Assembly (NCBI GenBank): GCA_964618555.1
Contig: CAZUBF010000001.1
Span: 74,687-138,686 of the forward strand
DNA length: 64,000 bases
Direction: 5' to 3'
Source of the DNA: an uncultured Azohydromonas sp.
GTDB taxonomy: Bacteria > Pseudomonadota > Gammaproteobacteria > Burkholderiales > Burkholderiaceae_C
Shown here: one piece after another, positions 60,923 to 64,000 of the stretch
Layout of the letters: every line of letters begins with the position of its first letter
How positions within the stretch are numbered: position 1 is the stretch's first letter
Translations under genes and position numbers: made by a program
Notes under the pieces: generated by a model
Told to the model about the DNA's origin: nothing
Database searches by the model: none
What the model saw: only the letters and a program-made list of their open reading frames with translations

Positions 60923-61050
60923 TGCAGATCCCGTGCCAGGTTGCCGTCGAAACCAAAAACCCTTTGATATTCATGAACTTGCGTCCCACCGCTCGCGCCG
61001 GTCCCTGCGCCCCGGGCGCCGGCGGCCTGAGCTTGTAAGGAAACCTGACA
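60923..61050 (-). promoter_or_regulatory. PEP-CTERM box, IHF-like site and sigma-54 promoter
   Basis: Minus strand: TGTCAGGTTTCCTTACA (61050-61034), TATCAAAGGGTTT (about 60969-60957), TGGCACGGGATCTGCA (60938-60923). Confidence 0.85.
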
Positions 61051-61159
61051 GGCGGTGGGGTGACGCCGCCGGCCGCGGTCGGGTCGCCGGGGGAACCCGG
61101 TGACGTACCGCCGTGCCGCGCGGGGCGCGACCCGCGAGTGGGTCGTCGATGCAGGCCGG

Positions 61160-62386
61160 CTACGGGGCCGGCGGCTGGTGATGCCAGGTCGTGCCGTCGA
61201 CGTACGCCGTCGACGCGTCGTCGTCGGGGCAGTCGAACGGCGTGCTGCCGTCGCCGGCGCGGATGACGAGGAAGTTCTGGTTCAGCAGCGGCGCGTCGAC
61301 GCCGCGTTTCGAGGCGTCGGGCGGCGGGGCGCCGTAGTCGCGCGGGTGGTCCTGGTTGCGCATCGGCGGCGCGCCGGTGCCGACGGCACGGTGGTCGCGG
61401 TACGGGGTGTAGCGGCACACGCGGTAGCGGTCGGGGTCGCTGTCGGCCAGGTCGGCGGCGAGGTCCAGGCCGTTGATGACCGACCGACCGGCCCAGCGCG
61501 GCGGGGTGTCGGCCGGGTCGACCGGCACGGCGCAGAAGTAGCGCACGTCGGACGCGCCCAGCTGCTGGCGGCAGGCCACGGTCGAAGCCGACGGGTACGT
61601 GCGCTGCACCGCCACCTGCACCGGCAGCGCCGGGCTGGGCGGCACCTCGGCGTCGGCAGCGGCGGGCTGGGTCGGCCCGGTGGCGAAGCGCACGTAGCCG
61701 CGCAGCAGGAACGCCGCGACGGCCGTGCAGTCGGTCGTGGTGGCGCAGATCTGCGTGATCACGCCGGTGGCGTCGTCGAACACCCACGACACGGTGCCGC
61801 CGTCGGGCTGGGGCGGGTGGAAGCGGCTGGTGGCGCCTTCGTCGACCGCTTCGAGCGGGATCGCCGGGTGCCGGCCGGCGGGCCCGCCGATCGGCGCGCC
61901 GGTGGGCGCCAGCCGCAGCGTGCCGGCCAGTTCGGGCGGCACCGCGGTGATCGTCGTGCTCAGCCGCACCGACTGCGGCTCGGTGCCGTCGCGTCCCAGC
62001 CAGTCCACGTCGACCACCAGCGTCTTCATGCGCGGCGCGGCCGGGGCCGACGCGGCGTCGGCGGCGGCGTCGACGACGGTGCGCGTCAGCGTGAACGCGG
62101 TGTTGGCGTCGGCGCCGTCGGCCGTCTCGGGAGGCAGGCTGTCGATGTCGGTGTAGTCGACTTCGTCGGCGACTTCGCCGGTGGCCACGTAGGCACGCCA
62201 CTGCTCGACGGCCTCCTGCGCGATGCGCACCGCCTCGCTGCGCTGCCTGGCGACGTCGCCGGTCTGGCGCAGCGTGCTCTGCAGGCCGACGTAGGCGATC
62301 ATGCCGAAGGTCATCACCGCCAGCGCGACCAGCGCCTCGATCAGCGAGACGCCGCGCGCGGCGCGCCGGCGGTGCGCGGCGGGCAT
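61160..62386 (-). CDS. Type IV prepilin-like protein (PilV-like) with extended C-terminal domain
   Basis: RG-VSLIEALVALAV class III signal; ARQRSEAVRIAQE; Cys-containing C-terminal domain. Confidence 0.85.
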   Translation of the reverse strand: MPAAHRRRAARGVSLIEALVALAVMTFGMIAYVGLQSTLRQTGDVARQRSEAVRIAQEAVEQWRAYVATGEVADEVDYTDIDSLPPETADGADANTAFTLTRTVVDAAADAASAPAAPRMKTLVVDVDWLGRDGTEPQSVRLSTTITAVPPELAGTLRLAPTGAPIGGPAGRHPAIPLEAVDEGATSRFHPPQPDGGTVSWVFDDATGVITQICATTTDCTAVAAFLLRGYVRFATGPTQPAAADAEVPPSPALPVQVAVQRTYPSASTVACRQQLGASDVRYFCAVPVDPADTPPRWAGRSVINGLDLAADLADSDPDRYRVCRYTPYRDHRAVGTGAPPMRNQDHPRDYGAPPPDASKRGVDAPLLNQNFLVIRAGDGSTPFDCPDDDASTAYVDGTTWHHQPPAP

Positions 62387-63753
62387 CAGAAGTCCCTCCA
62401 ACTGCCCGGCACGCGCACGAACGACCCGTGCGTCCTGCGCAGGCGCTCGAGCGTCGGGGCGTCGTGCTCGACGGTGAGCGGGCCGGTGCCCGACAGCGTC
62501 AGCGCCGACTCGGCGACGACGGCGCCGCGCACCGTGGTGGCCGCGCCGGACCACTGCGCACCGGTCAGGTAGACGACGCCGTTGACGACCGCGCCGGACT
62601 GGCTGGCCGTCAGGTCGCCGTTGACGACCAGCAGCGCCGGCTCGGCGGCGGTGCCGATCGGCTCGGTGGTGTCGAGGTCGAGGCTGCCGCCGACCCAGAC
62701 GATGCGGCCCGGGTCGAGCCGCACGAGGTCGCGCACGGCGGCGCCGCTGCAGGTGGGGTTGCAGGCCAGTTCCACGCTGGCCGGTTGCTGGCGGTACGTG
62801 TCGCGCGCGGCGCCGAACACGCCGGTGAACATGCGCTCGGGCGTGAGCGAGGCGTCGGACAGGCGCGGGTCGTTCTCGACCACCGAGGCCTCCGGCGGCG
62901 TGCCCGGCGTGGTGGCCAGCAGCAGCGGCGTGCCCTGGAGGGCGGCGTCGCCGGTGAGCACGGTGATGCCGCTGGCGCCGTGCGCGCCGTTGACCGCGCG
63001 CAGCAGGCCGGCGCCGACGTCGAGTTCGCCGCGCACGCTGAGTGCGGCCACCGGCGCCGCGGCGAGCGCGCCCTTCAAGGCGGCCAGCACCGTCACGCGC
63101 GCCTGCGCGTCGCCCGGTGAGGTGGCGTCGGCGCAGATCTGGCCGGGCGCGGCGTCGAGGCGGGTGCAGCCGGTGGCTTCGATACGGACGACACCGGCGG
63201 GGTACGGCGGCTCCACCGGGTTGTCGGGCGCGTCGTACAGGCGCACGCGAAACGCCGGCAACGGGCCGGCGCCGGCGGGCTCGGCCAGCGCAGGGGCGGC
63301 GGCGGTGGGGCAGCTGCAGCGCCAGTCGCTGCCGTCGAACACGCAGGCCGGGCGCAGCGGTTCCTCGGCCACGCCGTCGGCGTCCTTGTCGTACTTCAGC
63401 GCCGTGACCCGGCCGGTGTCGGCGGCGATCTGCAGGTAACGCTGGCGGAACGTGGTGTCGGGAGTCGACGGATCGGTGTGCGGCTGGCACTGCGCGTCGA
63501 TGCGCCCGGCGTTGAGCAGCGTCAGCGCCCACTCGACGCCGGCCTCGGCCGCTTCGAGCGCCTGCGTGGAGCGGTACTGGTTGGCCGACGTGCGCTGCTC
63601 GAAGATGAGGTTGCGGCTGGTGTAGGCGGCCACCAGCGCGACGATCAGCAGCAGCAGCAGCACCACGACGAGCGCCGCGGCGCCGCGCTGGCCGGCGCGG
63701 GGCGCGGCACGCGGCACGGCACGTGGGGCGTTGGGGCGGCGGGGTGGCGTCAT
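62386..63753 (-). CDS. PilX-like type IV pilus assembly protein
   Basis: QRGAAALVVVLLLL, EQRTSANQYRSTQALEAAEAG, VPGSWRDF C-terminus. Confidence 0.85.
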   Translation of the reverse strand: MTPPRRPNAPRAVPRAAPRAGQRGAAALVVVLLLLLIVALVAAYTSRNLIFEQRTSANQYRSTQALEAAEAGVEWALTLLNAGRIDAQCQPHTDPSTPDTTFRQRYLQIAADTGRVTALKYDKDADGVAEEPLRPACVFDGSDWRCSCPTAAAPALAEPAGAGPLPAFRVRLYDAPDNPVEPPYPAGVVRIEATGCTRLDAAPGQICADATSPGDAQARVTVLAALKGALAAAPVAALSVRGELDVGAGLLRAVNGAHGASGITVLTGDAALQGTPLLLATTPGTPPEASVVENDPRLSDASLTPERMFTGVFGAARDTYRQQPASVELACNPTCSGAAVRDLVRLDPGRIVWVGGSLDLDTTEPIGTAAEPALLVVNGDLTASQSGAVVNGVVYLTGAQWSGAATTVRGAVVAESALTLSGTGPLTVEHDAPTLERLRRTHGSFVRVPGSWRDF

Positions 63754-63797
63754 GGCGGGGACGGCGGGATTCAGGCGGAGCGGCGTCAGGCGGGGCG

Positions 63798-64000
63798 TCA
63801 GGCGGGGCATTGGCCCTGCACGTCGTCGTTGCGCACGCGCACGACGGTGCGCAGGCTGCGCTGCACGGCGGGGTCCGACACGGCCTGGCCGGTGACGTCG
63901 ACGACGAACTCGCGCACCGTCAGCGTCGGGCAGGCGGGCTCGGCCACGCCGCCGCAGGGGGTGGCGCAGGCCAGCGCCAGCGTCTGGTGGTTCGGCGTGA
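63798..64000 (-). CDS. 3' end of a probable PilW-like minor pilin (partial)
   Basis: Frame ends ...VQRSLRTVVRVRNDDVQGQCPA-stop; VRVRN terminus and position before pilX. Confidence 0.65.
   Translation of the reverse strand, partial: TPNHQTLALACATPCGGVAEPACPTLTVREFVVDVTGQAVSDPAVQRSLRTVVRVRNDDVQGQCPA

Overview
High-GC bacterial window; gene content and PEP-CTERM style suggest a Rubrivivax-like Burkholderiales betaproteobacterium (inference). About 1-50 kb is an exopolysaccharide/XrtA PEP-CTERM locus: glycosyltransferases, deacetylase, sulfotransferase, methyltransferase, OafA-type acyltransferase, two AsnB-like amide ligases, a PAPS-supply block (cysQ, cysD, cysNC, SLC13), rfbBDAC and sugar transferase-prsK-prsR-prsT. 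It is followed by PEP-CTERM genes with sigma-54 promoters, a subtilase, ribD-ribE-ribB-ribH-nusB and a partial type IV minor-pilin cluster. The most unusual elements are two fusions that appear to reuse inactivated mobile-element enzymes. (1) A Wzz/Wzc-type polysaccharide co-polymerase carries a catalytically dead tyrosine-recombinase domain in place of a kinase. It sits in a four-gene block with a triple-VanZ/heparinase-like lyase fusion, a membrane-anchored beta-propeller and a secreted beta-helix protein. (2) CysD is fused in frame behind a degenerate IS630-like transposase. Also notable: a FeeM-PilZ fusion, a PEP-CTERM protein with Cys/Gln thioester-like motifs, three toxin-antitoxin modules (one frameshifted, one orphan toxin with an antitoxin scar) and a frameshift in the priming sugar transferase. 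All family calls come from motif recognition by eye; no searches were run.
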